Shown here piece by piece: positions 27,416 to 36,857 of a DNA stretch of 50,296 nucleotides. Below the pieces are notes generated by a model, which saw only the letters and a list, made by a program, of their open reading frames with translations, ran no database searches and was not told the origin of the DNA. The stretch covers positions 1 through 50,296 of the forward strand of contig JAFVBT010000083.1 in the NCBI GenBank assembly GCA_017479785.1, written 5' to 3'. Within the stretch, counting starts at the first letter, position 1. Each line of letters opens with the position of its first letter. The position numbers and the translations under genes are program-made. Source of the DNA: Alphaproteobacteria bacterium (GTDB lineage: Bacteria > Pseudomonadota > Alphaproteobacteria > RF32 > CAG-239).

Positions 27416-28969
27416 TTATTTTTCTTTTGTTTCGTGATAAGATTTTTCGGTGTTGACATTCCAAACGGCAGCTTTGTCTTTTACTTGCCCCAAGATATGT
27501 TTAACCGCCAAAAATGAAGTAGCCATTGAATGATCCATGTTATTGTAACGATGTTGTCCGTTTCTGCCGACACAGTACAAATTTTCAAACGTATTAAGAT
27601 AAGCTGTCAGCTTATCAATATCTTTATAGGTGGCAAAATATGCCGGATAAGCTTTTGCCACACGCTCAACATGGGAATCCGTAATGTCTTTTGCAGCAGA
27701 AATAACTTTCATTTTTAGAAGTTCATCGGTAGCAAATTTTTGCCAGTTTTCATCACTCATATTCCAGAATTTATCGCCTTCTTTGCAGAAATATTCCAAG
27801 CCTATCCAAAAGGTGTCTTCCGGTTTTGCTACCAGATAAGGTGACCAGTTGTTAAATATTTGAATGCGACCGAGTTTAACGCCGGTATCTTGCACATAAA
27901 TCCAGCAATCAGGAACAATATTATTCAGCGTTTTAAATTGTGTTTTGTTTTGCAGGTTGAGTTTTTTTACAAGCAAACCGACAGTAACGAAATCCCGATA
28001 AGGCAAACCGGCGGCTATGTCTGCAATCTCAGACGGCACATTTTCCAAGCCGGCAACCAAACTTTTAAGCGGCATGGAGGAAATTACAATATCGGCCTCT
28101 AAGGTTTCGGTTTGGCCGTTTTTTTCATATGTAACTTGTGTTAATTTGTTTTCTTGGCTGCCGAATTTGACAACCTTTGCATTTTTAATAATGGTGCCAC
28201 CCATTTTTTCAATATCCGCTGCAGCAGTTTCCCATAGTTGCCCCGGACCGTATTTCGGGTAACTGAATTCTTCAATAAGCGATGTTTCTACCTGTTTATT
28301 TTTCATTGGGATTAATTTAGAAAAAATGTTTTTAAATAAGGCAATAATTGATAATCCTTTAACACGCTGGGCTCCCCAATCGGCGGAAATGTCACGCGGA
28401 TGCCTGCCCCAAAGTTTTTCGGTGTAACCCTCAAAAAACATGGAATAAAGCTTGCGTCCGAAACGATTGATATAAAAATTTTCCAGTGATGTTTCCGGCA
28501 ATTTGCGTATCAGTGCACGAAGATAGCTGAAACCGGCAATCATTGTGGTAAACAAACCCATATTGAGAATGGTATTAAAGTTCATTTTGATCGGATAATC
28601 AAAAAAATGATGCTTATAAAAGATGCGAGAAACACGGCGTCGCTTGAGCATAACAATGTCTTCTTTTTCCGGATTCGGTCCGTTCGGATTAAGCTCAAAT
28701 GTGCGGCCTGTGCGTATGTCATCAAAAGAAGGGGCACCTTGCAGCGGCATTAAATTGTTCCACCATTCGGTAACCTCAGCGTCTTTGGAAAAGAAACGAT
28801 GACCGCCGATATCCATGCGATTTCCGTTATGGCAGACCGTGCGGGAAATGCCGCCGATATAATTACTTTCTTCCAAAATGGTGACGGCATAATCATCAGA
28901 TTTTTTTAAGAGTTCATAACCGGCAGTAATGCCGGCCGGACCGGCACCAATGATGATAACTTTTTTCAT
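27416..28969 (-). CDS. NAD(P)/FAD-dependent oxidoreductase (amine-oxidase/protoporphyrinogen-oxidase-like fold)
   Basis: N-terminal dinucleotide motif [19 protein letters not shown]...ILEE...GG. 517 aa. Confidence 0.85.
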   Translation of the reverse strand: MKKVIIIGAGPAGITAGYELLKKSDDYAVTILEESNYIGGISRTVCHNGNRMDIGGHRFFSKDAEVTEWWNNLMPLQGAPSFDDIRTGRTFELNPNGPNPEKEDIVMLKRRRVSRIFYKHHFFDYPIKMNFNTILNMGLFTTMIAGFSYLRALIRKLPETSLENFYINRFGRKLYSMFFEGYTEKLWGRHPRDISADWGAQRVKGLSIIALFKNIFSKLIPMKNKQVETSLIEEFSYPKYGPGQLWETAAADIEKMGGTIIKNAKVVKFGSQENKLTQVTYEKNGQTETLEADIVISSMPLKSLVAGLENVPSEIADIAAGLPYRDFVTVGLLVKKLNLQNKTQFKTLNNIVPDCWIYVQDTGVKLGRIQIFNNWSPYLVAKPEDTFWIGLEYFCKEGDKFWNMSDENWQKFATDELLKMKVISAAKDITDSHVERVAKAYPAYFATYKDIDKLTAYLNTFENLYCVGRNGQHRYNNMDHSMATSFLAVKHILGQVKDKAAVWNVNTEKSYHETKEK

Positions 28970-29097
28970 TTTTTCCTCCTCTTTTAGGAGTATAATTCAA
29001 AAGAATTTAAAAAACATAAATTTCCGGAAAATGACAAAAATATTGCAAAAATATAAAATATGTGGTATAAACAATTTATGTTCGGAGAAATGGAAAA

Positions 29098-29625
29098 ATG
29101 GTAAAATTTAAATTTATTTTATTTGGCGTGCCTTTCGGAGAAAGTTTTTCGGAGTGCTCAAAGGAAGACAGGGCAGTTCTCGGACAAGAGTATTCTTTCG
29201 GACAACACGGAGAGCAATTGCATGTTGTACGACACTCTAACGGCAATAATTATTACAACTATCTGATGTATCCGAAAGAAAATGAAAGTTTCAATGATGC
29301 TGCCGGTCGCAAAGGAGCATTTTTTGGTATGTCGGTTGTTTTAAATAATCAAGTGATTGCAGATACGGATAAACTTATAAAGTTATTCAAAAAAACATAT
29401 CAGGATTATGTTAAAGATAAGCTGATAAAGGAATATCCGAACGGAAACAAAAGGTTTATGGTCAGTCAGTTGCGTTCAAAAGATGATATATTTGCCAATT
29501 ATGTCGGAAAAGGCTTTATGAGTATTATGAATAAAAATCCGGAACTTAACGTATTTCACAACATAAAGACTGTTCCGTCGCAAATGCAGCAAGGTATTTT
29601 GATGCAAAGAATCCCAGTGAGATAA
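29098..29625 (+). CDS. hypothetical protein
   Basis: 175 aa. GGAGA SD 9 nt upstream. Candidate promoter TTGCAA-17-TATAAA upstream. No family recognised. Confidence 0.55.
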   Translation: MVKFKFILFGVPFGESFSECSKEDRAVLGQEYSFGQHGEQLHVVRHSNGNNYYNYLMYPKENESFNDAAGRKGAFFGMSVVLNNQVIADTDKLIKLFKKTYQDYVKDKLIKEYPNGNKRFMVSQLRSKDDIFANYVGKGFMSIMNKNPELNVFHNIKTVPSQMQQGILMQRIPVR

Positions 29626-30043
29626 TCCTGAAAATATAAAAAACGCGATTGATATGCGGTTGCGTTTTTTGCCGATGAGATTTATTTTTTGCTTTGGAAA
29701 TCTGAAAAGCGTATCGGTGTGTAAAAAAAACGATAAAGCCGAGAAAAGCGCCTATTTGAGCCATGCTGAAGCCGGTTATACCTAATTGCTCCAATAAAGC
29801 AAGAACTGTATCTCCGATGAATAAACCGGCAGTCCAACCAATCAAAACAGCAAGTGCAATACACAGAAGTTTTGCAAATACAAGACCGACAAGCAAACCG
29901 AGCAATTTTGCAATTGCCGTAAAAACAACCAATAATCCGTTTATAATCGTAACAAAATTAATAATTAAACAATCGGATGAAGCTTTAAGAATTTTTATGG
30001 AAAAGTTAAATCTTTTTACTGAAAGTATTGCATTTTTCTTCAA
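29546..30043 (-). CDS. hypothetical membrane protein (boundaries uncertain)
   Basis: Strongly hydrophobic core (LLVVFTAIAKLLGLLVGLVFAKLLCIALAVLIGW...). TTG start without a clear SD. The 3' tail runs through a terminator hairpin and overlaps the convergent gene by 80 nt. Confidence 0.45.
   Translation of the reverse strand: MKKNAILSVKRFNFSIKILKASSDCLIINFVTIINGLLVVFTAIAKLLGLLVGLVFAKLLCIALAVLIGWTAGLFIGDTVLALLEQLGITGFSMAQIGAFLGFIVFFTHRYAFQISKAKNKSHRQKTQPHINRVFYIFRIISLGFFASKYLAAFATEQSLCCEIR
29638..29670. terminator. bidirectional hairpin terminator
   Basis: AAAAAACGC ... GCGTTTTTT. Lies 13 nt after the stop of 29098..29625 and inside the 3' tail of the convergent ORF. Confidence 0.5.
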
Positions 30044-30072
30044 AATCGCCTACATCAGAAAAGGGGATTCGG

Positions 30073-30477
30073 ATGAAAAAATACTTTTGTTTTCATTGCC
30101 AACAAGAGGTAACGCCGTATAAAATTTTGAAATGGCGGATATGTCCGCTTTGCAGGAGATTTATGTCGGATACCGGAGACGGCTTCTATCGTGTGTGCGA
30201 CAGATGCGGCGCCAATATGCCGTCTGATGCCGAATATTGCTTAAAGTGCGGGCATAATTTGATTGGCGGTGCTGATAAGAATACTGATATGGATAAATTT
30301 ATGTCGCTGAGGCGCAAAAATATGTGGCAGAGCAGCTTGTTGAGCGCGGTTCTGTTTGTTTTAGCATTGATAACAGTGTTTGCTGTTTTGTATTTTTCTT
30401 TTTATTTTATCATTATTTTTGCAATATTGAGCGCAATTATCGGATTGGCAGGATATATTCTGCGATTGTTCAAGTAA
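30073..30477 (+). CDS. double zinc-ribbon protein with C-terminal TM helices
   Basis: ATG 30073 with an AAGGGGA SD. CxxC pairs (CFHC, CPLC, CDRC, CLKC). Hydrophobic C-terminus. Confidence 0.65.
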   Translation: MKKYFCFHCQQEVTPYKILKWRICPLCRRFMSDTGDGFYRVCDRCGANMPSDAEYCLKCGHNLIGGADKNTDMDKFMSLRRKNMWQSSLLSAVLFVLALITVFAVLYFSFYFIIIFAILSAIIGLAGYILRLFK

Positions 30478-30585
30478 AAAAAGTTGCCGATTCCTTTAAT
30501 TCTTGTGTAAAAAGAAAATAAATTGATACATTTGCCGGAAATTGAGCCTACAATAAAGCTGTTTGCAATGAATTAGAGTATAAAG

Positions 30586-32043
30586 ATGGTTTCCGTTGCT
30601 CCAACCTTTTTTTCAAAGAAAGTACTTCCGATATTTCATCTGTTGTTGCTTTTTTATCCGTTGTTATATTTTATGCAGCAAAATGTTGCGGAATTTTCTT
30701 TGAATACGTATCTGAATACGTTTATGTATGTTGTTGTGTATGAGGTTGTTTTACTCATACTGTATATTCTGTCGCAGATTTTATGTAAAAAATGGTTGCA
30801 TGGTATTTATGTTACGTTATTGGCATTGGGAGTATGTGCTGTTTTAAGTGTGACTTTATGTTCAAATATACCGATAACAGGTGTGTTCTGTACGTTGACG
30901 CTTTTAAGTGTTTCCTATATTTTGTACTATAAAAATTTTATTAAGCCAGTTGCAGTGTTATTGAGCTTGATGTGCGTATTTTCATTTATCCGATATACAA
31001 TAGCCGTATCTTCCGTTCACGAAGAGGATGTCTTGTCGGAGTATCCGCAAATGAAAACAAAACCCAATATATATTTTTTGATTTTGGAATCATACCATGG
31101 TAGTCAAGCGTTGGAACAATTATATGGGTTTGATAATTCCGGTTTCTTAAATGATTTAGTTCAAAATAATTTTACAGTATATGAAAATATATATGCTACC
31201 AGACCTGTCACCAGACTGTCATTGTTATCAATATTTACCTTATCAAATACTACGGAATTATACGACAGAGAGTATTTGTTGGATGGGTGTCTTTCAGGGA
31301 AAGCGCATTGCAAAGTGTTGGATATTCTTAAAGCAAACGGCTATGAAATAAAAAACAAGTTTGCAAACAATTATCTTGTGCATGATTATTTTGATATTCC
31401 GAACAAAAACAAATTTTTGTGTAATACGCTTTTTTCCAAACAATACCCGCAGTATTTTTCAAAGTGCTTTTACAAAGATTATCAGTACAAAACGGTTGAT
31501 GACTATAATGCAGATTTGATAAAAACACTCAATAATCTTGATGATAAAAGTGCTCCATATATGTTTATTACAAAAATCGGCGGTATTACGGAGGATTTTA
31601 AAACATATTCAGGAGGAGTGGCGCATATTCCCAATCACTTACGTCACACGGATAAAGTTGAACTGATACAGAATTTTAAGGCGGCATATGTAGAAGAATT
31701 AAAAAAAGAGAATGTAGCCTTAATGCAGATAATATCAGCGATTACAACAAAAGATCCGAATGCAATGATTATTATGTTTGGCGACCATGGTGCGGGATAC
31801 TTAGATATTTTAAAAGAAAAATCCGATGAAATTCCGTCGGAAACCTATTTGTTGGATTTTTTTGATGTTATGGCAGCCGTACGTTTTCCTAAAAGTACGT
31901 TTATAACAGAGAAATGGCAATATCTGCCGCAGATGTTTAATGTGATTTTTGATGCATTGGGGGTGTCGATGGAAAAAGCCGAAATATCTCCGACTTTTTA
32001 TGATTACAAAAATAATTTGCTTTTTGAAGAGGAAAATAAATAA
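30586..32043 (+). CDS. multi-TM sulfatase-like (alkaline-phosphatase superfamily) transferase/hydrolase
   Basis: About 5 N-terminal TM helices, then NIYFLILESYHGS... and ...IIMFGDHGAGY motifs typical of LtaS/PEtN-transferase-like enzymes. Call from motif memory. Confidence 0.6.
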   Translation: MVSVAPTFFSKKVLPIFHLLLLFYPLLYFMQQNVAEFSLNTYLNTFMYVVVYEVVLLILYILSQILCKKWLHGIYVTLLALGVCAVLSVTLCSNIPITGVFCTLTLLSVSYILYYKNFIKPVAVLLSLMCVFSFIRYTIAVSSVHEEDVLSEYPQMKTKPNIYFLILESYHGSQALEQLYGFDNSGFLNDLVQNNFTVYENIYATRPVTRLSLLSIFTLSNTTELYDREYLLDGCLSGKAHCKVLDILKANGYEIKNKFANNYLVHDYFDIPNKNKFLCNTLFSKQYPQYFSKCFYKDYQYKTVDDYNADLIKTLNNLDDKSAPYMFITKIGGITEDFKTYSGGVAHIPNHLRHTDKVELIQNFKAAYVEELKKENVALMQIISAITTKDPNAMIIMFGDHGAGYLDILKEKSDEIPSETYLLDFFDVMAAVRFPKSTFITEKWQYLPQMFNVIFDALGVSMEKAEISPTFYDYKNNLLFEEENK

Positions 32044-32210
32044 TGGAAAAAATAGTGTTATTCTTTGCCTTAATTTTATTTGCCAAACCGGCATATGCCT
32101 ATATTGATCCGAGTATCGGTGCCATGTTTATTCAGGGATTGATAGCCGCATTGTTGCTTATTCCTTTTTACGCAAAAAGAATTATCGGATATATCAAAAA
32201 AATATTTTAG
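32043..32210 (+). CDS. unannotated 55-aa membrane peptide
   Basis: TAATG overlap with the preceding stop. Peptide MEKIVLFFALILFAKPAYAYIDPSIGAMFIQGLIAALLLIPFYAKRIIGYIKKIF, which reads as a signal-like segment plus a TM helix. Confidence 0.5.
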   Translation: MEKIVLFFALILFAKPAYAYIDPSIGAMFIQGLIAALLLIPFYAKRIIGYIKKIF

Positions 32211-32247
32211 AAAAATGATTCCTTTGATAAAAAGAAGGATACAATAG

Positions 32248-33612
32248 ATGATTAAAGAGTTTTCGTCATTTCGTGATCCTGATGGTTTTGTATATAGGCA
32301 AAACGATGAAATTTATCGTTATGTTGCGCCGAGTTATAAAGAAAATTACGATTTATTGATAAATAGCGGTTTGTATGATGAACTGGTGAAAAAAAAGCAT
32401 CTTGTTGCTGCAAACGAAGTTGCTCCGGTAGCGGAAGGCGCATATAAATTGCTTCAAGTTCAAAAAATTGACTTTATCTCATATCCATACGAATGGTGTT
32501 TCAGTCAATATCAGGATGCTGCTCTTCTGACGTTGAAAATAGAAAAGCAAGCTCTTCTTCATAATATGAGTCTTAAAGATGCATCGGCTTACAATATTCA
32601 ATTTTCGGATGGTAAACCGATTTTTATTGATACATTATCTTTTGAAAAACTTGATGAAAAATCACCTTGGATCGCTTATAAGCAATTCTGCCAACATTTT
32701 TTGGCACCGCTCTGTCTGATGAGCTATAAAGATGTGCGTCTTTCTTCACTGATGAAACAATACATAGATGGTATTCCGCTGGACTTAGCCGCGAAATTAT
32801 TACCTGTGTTAATACGTCCCGGAATATGGATGAATATTAATCTTCACGCTTATTTTCAAAACAAGTATAGCGATACAAAGGCTAATCCGGCCCAGTGGCA
32901 GACTATGACAAAGACCAAGCAAATAGCCTTGATTGAAGGACTGTATGACCTTATAGCCGGTTTGAAAAAGCCGGTTTCTCATACAGAATGGGAAAACTAT
33001 TACGAGGATACCAATTATACTCAAACAGCATTTAATGCAAAAATCAGTATAATTGAAGAATATATGGGTTCACTGAAAAATGTAAAAAAAATAGCAGATT
33101 TTGGGGCCAATAACGGCTATTTTACCCGCATAGCATTGAAAGATATTAAAGATGCCAAAGCAGTTGCTTTTGATGTGGATCCTCAAGCTGTAGAAAAAAA
33201 TTATAATTTTGTTAAACAGAATAATGAAACAAATCTATTGCCTTTGATTGTTGATTTATTAAATCCGTCATCGGGGATAGGGTGGGCAAATGGCGAGCGT
33301 GACAGTATTTCAAACAGAATTAATGCTGATGTGGTTTTAGCTTTGGCATTAATACATCATTTATGCATTACATCTAATATCCCGTTTGACTATATTGCAA
33401 GTTACTTTTCTGCACTTGCCCCGAATCTGATCATTGAATTCGTGCCGAAAGAAGATACTCAAGTTCAAAAGTTACTAAACTCACGAAAAGACATATATTC
33501 ATGGTACAATAAAAATAACTTTGAAGAATCTTTTGGTCATTACTATACCATAGAAAAGCGAAGAGATATTCCCGAAAGCAAACGCATGTTATATCTGTTA
33601 AAAAGAAAGTAA
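32248..33612 (+). CDS. class I SAM-dependent methyltransferase fused to an N-terminal kinase-like domain
   Basis: C-terminal motif I IADFGANNGYF and AFDVD. The N-terminal half contains LKDASAYNIQF.DGKPIFIDTLSF, which resembles a kinase catalytic loop/DFG arrangement. Confidence 0.7.
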   Translation: MIKEFSSFRDPDGFVYRQNDEIYRYVAPSYKENYDLLINSGLYDELVKKKHLVAANEVAPVAEGAYKLLQVQKIDFISYPYEWCFSQYQDAALLTLKIEKQALLHNMSLKDASAYNIQFSDGKPIFIDTLSFEKLDEKSPWIAYKQFCQHFLAPLCLMSYKDVRLSSLMKQYIDGIPLDLAAKLLPVLIRPGIWMNINLHAYFQNKYSDTKANPAQWQTMTKTKQIALIEGLYDLIAGLKKPVSHTEWENYYEDTNYTQTAFNAKISIIEEYMGSLKNVKKIADFGANNGYFTRIALKDIKDAKAVAFDVDPQAVEKNYNFVKQNNETNLLPLIVDLLNPSSGIGWANGERDSISNRINADVVLALALIHHLCITSNIPFDYIASYFSALAPNLIIEFVPKEDTQVQKLLNSRKDIYSWYNKNNFEESFGHYYTIEKRRDIPESKRMLYLLKRK

Positions 33613-33642
33613 TATCAGGGTGCGTTTGCAAGTTTTGCTGTT

Positions 33643-34065
33643 TTAGTGAACGGACTTTTGAGGCAAAATCGGGTGGTTGCATAGAGAATTCAGCGGAACA
33701 ATCGGCAATTTAACCGAAAATTCCGTACCGTCCGCGGTTGCCGCCACACAAGAACCGTACAGAACAGCGGCATTTCCTTCAATAAATGCGGTATCTTCAT
33801 ACTCAAAAATTTCGCCCGGCTCCAAATCCGGAATTTCGCCATGGAAACCGAAGGACAGGTCATATTTTCTGTCGCCTTTATCATTGGCAACGCAAAAATC
33901 TTTTTTTAATAAACGGATTTTTTGATCTGAATTATTTTCTATACGCAAACAATATCCCCACAGTGCGTGATTATCATCGGCTTCATCAAGCTTTTCCTGA
34001 AAAGCCGAAACCATAATATCACCGGTTTGTGCCGTTACATAATCAAAATTTTCAAATTCAAGCAT
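33643..34065 (-). CDS. apaG: ApaG (DUF525) domain protein
   Basis: 140 aa. Pattern ...YCLRIENNSDQKIRLLKK...FHGEIPDLEPGEIFEY... matches the ApaG beta-sandwich consensus. Confidence 0.65.
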   Translation of the reverse strand: MLEFENFDYVTAQTGDIMVSAFQEKLDEADDNHALWGYCLRIENNSDQKIRLLKKDFCVANDKGDRKYDLSFGFHGEIPDLEPGEIFEYEDTAFIEGNAAVLYGSCVAATADGTEFSVKLPIVPLNSLCNHPILPQKSVH

Positions 34066-34155
34066 AACAAAATCCCCTTAAACTTTATTAAGGATTCATT
34101 AACCATTCAAAAAGTTCAAGAGGATTCTGAAGTTATACCGAGACTTATACACAGA

Positions 34156-34521
34156 TTATTTGACGCGTCCGTAAACATCTTCAAAACGGATGATGTCATT
34201 TTCATCTAAATTTTCGCCGGTTTGAATTTCAATAAACACCAACAGAGAAGATGCGTCGTTACGGATACGATGCTTTGTTTCTGCCGGAATATAAACGGCT
34301 TCACCCGCTTTTTTAATTATTTCCATATTTCCAAGCGTTACAACGGCTTCACCGGAAACAATAATCCAATGTTCATTGCGAAAATGGTGCAGTTGCAAAG
34401 ATAAAATGCCGCCGCTGTTAACGGATATGCGTTTAACACAGAAATCTTCCGCACAATCTGTGACTTCCCAAGTTCCCCACGGGCGGGTATCTTTTTGACC
34501 GCGTATATAATTGTTTGCCAT
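34156..34521 (-). CDS. cupin-domain protein (type II phosphomannose-isomerase C-terminal-like)
   Basis: RPWGTWEV..., LSLQLHHFRNEHWIIVSGEA and YIPAETKHRIRN cupin motifs. Confidence 0.8.
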   Translation of the reverse strand: MANNYIRGQKDTRPWGTWEVTDCAEDFCVKRISVNSGGILSLQLHHFRNEHWIIVSGEAVVTLGNMEIIKKAGEAVYIPAETKHRIRNDASSLLVFIEIQTGENLDENDIIRFEDVYGRVK

Positions 34522-34611
34522 TTGATTTTCCTTTTTTAGGGTTTACATAAGTCAAAAAATAGTATAAATAAAATAGCAAATGTTGCAATATTAATTTTTA
34601 CGGATGAAAAT

Positions 34612-36822
34612 ATGCGTACATCTACGGCCGTCAGCGAAGCATTAGCCATTCAGCGTGCAATAAGCGCAGAACTGGCGAAGCGAACATCTGTATCTGAAAA
34701 ATTGGAAAAGATTTTAAAAACTTTTGCGGAAACAACGACCGTAAATTCTGCCTTATTATATTCAACGGTTGATGAGAATTATTTAGAACTGATGGCATCG
34801 TACAACACCGATGACTACAAAACAAACTTGCGTTTTAACGAAGGTGTCATCGGGCGTTCGGCCGGCTTTCGCCGTTCCGAAAGTGCCGTTGAAAACGGAA
34901 AATCTGTGCTAAGTATGCCGATTTTGCGACAAAGCAGTACCATCGGCGTGATTGTGCTGATACGAAACAATGAAGACGGGTTTACGGATGAGGAAATTGT
35001 TTTGGCGGAAACAATTGCTTTATCATTGCCGGATTTGTTGTCTACTAAAGAATTTACTCAACATCGCAACTTGATTATCCATGAAAAAGGTATTGCGGTA
35101 CGCGAGGTGTTGCACGGAACGGGGCTGAATAAAGGATATGGTGTCGGTCGTGCGGTTGTACATCATCGTCATCGCGAAATTACCAATATTTTTGCAGAAA
35201 ATACGGAGTTGGAAAAGACTAAATTGGCAGAAGGTCGCGAACGTATGGTGGCCTATTTGGATGAAAAAATTGCCCAAGCCGGCAATTATATCGGCAATTC
35301 GGCGGAAATTATGGAAACCTACCGTATGTTTGTGATGGATAAGGGGTGGTATAAAAAAATTACCGCCAACATTGAACTCGGATATACGGCAGAGGCGGCG
35401 GTTGAACACGTATATGAAGATATGTGGAAAAAATTATCGGCTACCAATGACCCGTACATAAAAGAAAGAATTTACGATTTAAGAGACGTATCCGATAAGT
35501 TGCGTGCGTTTATCAGCGGGGATGAGGATACAATACAAATTTCTACCGATGAGGATATCATTATTATTGCACAAAGTATGGGACCTTCCGATTTAATGGA
35601 TTATAACTACGAAAAGATCCGTGGTTTGATTATAGAAGATTGTACGCCGACAATGCACGTTGTGATTGTGGCAAAAGCCTTGGATATTCCGGTAATTGCT
35701 AAAGTTCACGGCATATTTAAGGAAGTTAAAGCCGGCGAAATTATCGCAATTAACGGTACAACGGCCGAAGTCTATACGCATCCGTCTGAAAAGCTGATCA
35801 AAGAATATCAAAAAAAATCCGTCAGCCTTAAAACCGTTCTGGCCGATTTACAGCAGCTGAGCACCTTACCGAACAAAACCAAAGACGGGGTGAAAATAAA
35901 CTTGGCTCTTAACTACGGACTGGAATTGGACTATGATTATATTAAACCGACAAAGTGTGACGGTATAGGGTTGTACAGAACGGAAATTACTTTTATGTCC
36001 TCCGAAAGAATGCCCGATGTTGAAAAACAGGTTGCGCAGTATAAACGTTTATTTGATGCTGTCGGCAGTAAAAAGATTATTTTCCGCAGTTTGGATGTTG
36101 GTTCGGATAAATTTTTGCCGTATTGGGGTGAGATGAAGGAAGATAATCCGGCAATCGGGTGGCGTTCAATCAGGATTACATTGGACAGACGGGCTATATT
36201 GCGCCAACAAATGCGAGCAATGTTGCGTGCCGCTGCCGATAAAGAACTTAATGTAATGTTTCCGATGATTTCAACGTTGCAGGAATTTCTTGATGCCAAA
36301 GAAACTTTGTTGTTGGAATATGAAAAAGAAAAACAACGCGGCAATCCGACGGCGAAAAGTGTGAAAGTCGGTATTATGATAGAGGTGCCGTCCGTTCTGT
36401 TTCAGTTAGATGATATATATCAACACGTTGATTTTGTCTCGGTCGGTACGAACGATTTATACCAATTCACTTTTGCCTGTGACCGCGGTAATCCGCGATT
36501 ATCCGAAAGATATGACGTTCTGTCGGCTCCGTTCTTAAAACTGATGAAGTTGATTGTGGATAAGGCCAATCAGTACAAAGTTTATTGTTCCGTATGCGGC
36601 GAAATGGCCGGCAATCCGCTGGAAGCAATGGCTCTTATCGGATTGGGATATCGCAACCTGTCTATATCAGGCGCGTCTTATGCCGCTGTTAAAAAAATGA
36701 TAAACAGTATGAAAGTGGAAGATGTTGAAGATTATATCAAAACAATATTAAAATCTTCAAAAACAAGTGTTCGCCCGCAATTGACGGCCTATGCGTACGA
36801 TCACACTATTGCAATTGATTAA
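34612..36822 (+). CDS. ptsP: phosphoenolpyruvate-protein phosphotransferase PtsP (EI-Ntr, GAF domain)
   Basis: 736 aa. N-terminal GAF-like region. Phospho-His region TPTMHVVIVAKAL. C-terminal VGTNDLYQF. Confidence 0.92.
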   Translation: MRTSTAVSEALAIQRAISAELAKRTSVSEKLEKILKTFAETTTVNSALLYSTVDENYLELMASYNTDDYKTNLRFNEGVIGRSAGFRRSESAVENGKSVLSMPILRQSSTIGVIVLIRNNEDGFTDEEIVLAETIALSLPDLLSTKEFTQHRNLIIHEKGIAVREVLHGTGLNKGYGVGRAVVHHRHREITNIFAENTELEKTKLAEGRERMVAYLDEKIAQAGNYIGNSAEIMETYRMFVMDKGWYKKITANIELGYTAEAAVEHVYEDMWKKLSATNDPYIKERIYDLRDVSDKLRAFISGDEDTIQISTDEDIIIIAQSMGPSDLMDYNYEKIRGLIIEDCTPTMHVVIVAKALDIPVIAKVHGIFKEVKAGEIIAINGTTAEVYTHPSEKLIKEYQKKSVSLKTVLADLQQLSTLPNKTKDGVKINLALNYGLELDYDYIKPTKCDGIGLYRTEITFMSSERMPDVEKQVAQYKRLFDAVGSKKIIFRSLDVGSDKFLPYWGEMKEDNPAIGWRSIRITLDRRAILRQQMRAMLRAAADKELNVMFPMISTLQEFLDAKETLLLEYEKEKQRGNPTAKSVKVGIMIEVPSVLFQLDDIYQHVDFVSVGTNDLYQFTFACDRGNPRLSERYDVLSAPFLKLMKLIVDKANQYKVYCSVCGEMAGNPLEAMALIGLGYRNLSISGASYAAVKKMINSMKVEDVEDYIKTILKSSKTSVRPQLTAYAYDHTIAID

Positions 36823-36857
36823 ATTTTATGTTATAAGCGCACAACAGGAGAAAAACA

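Noticed and set aside
29763-30122. 119-aa plus-strand ORF antisense to the membrane-protein ORF
   Set aside because: Its Pro/Lys/Thr-rich composition is typical of the reverse strand of a hydrophobic gene. It ends inside the zinc-ribbon gene after overlapping that gene's SD and ATG out of frame.
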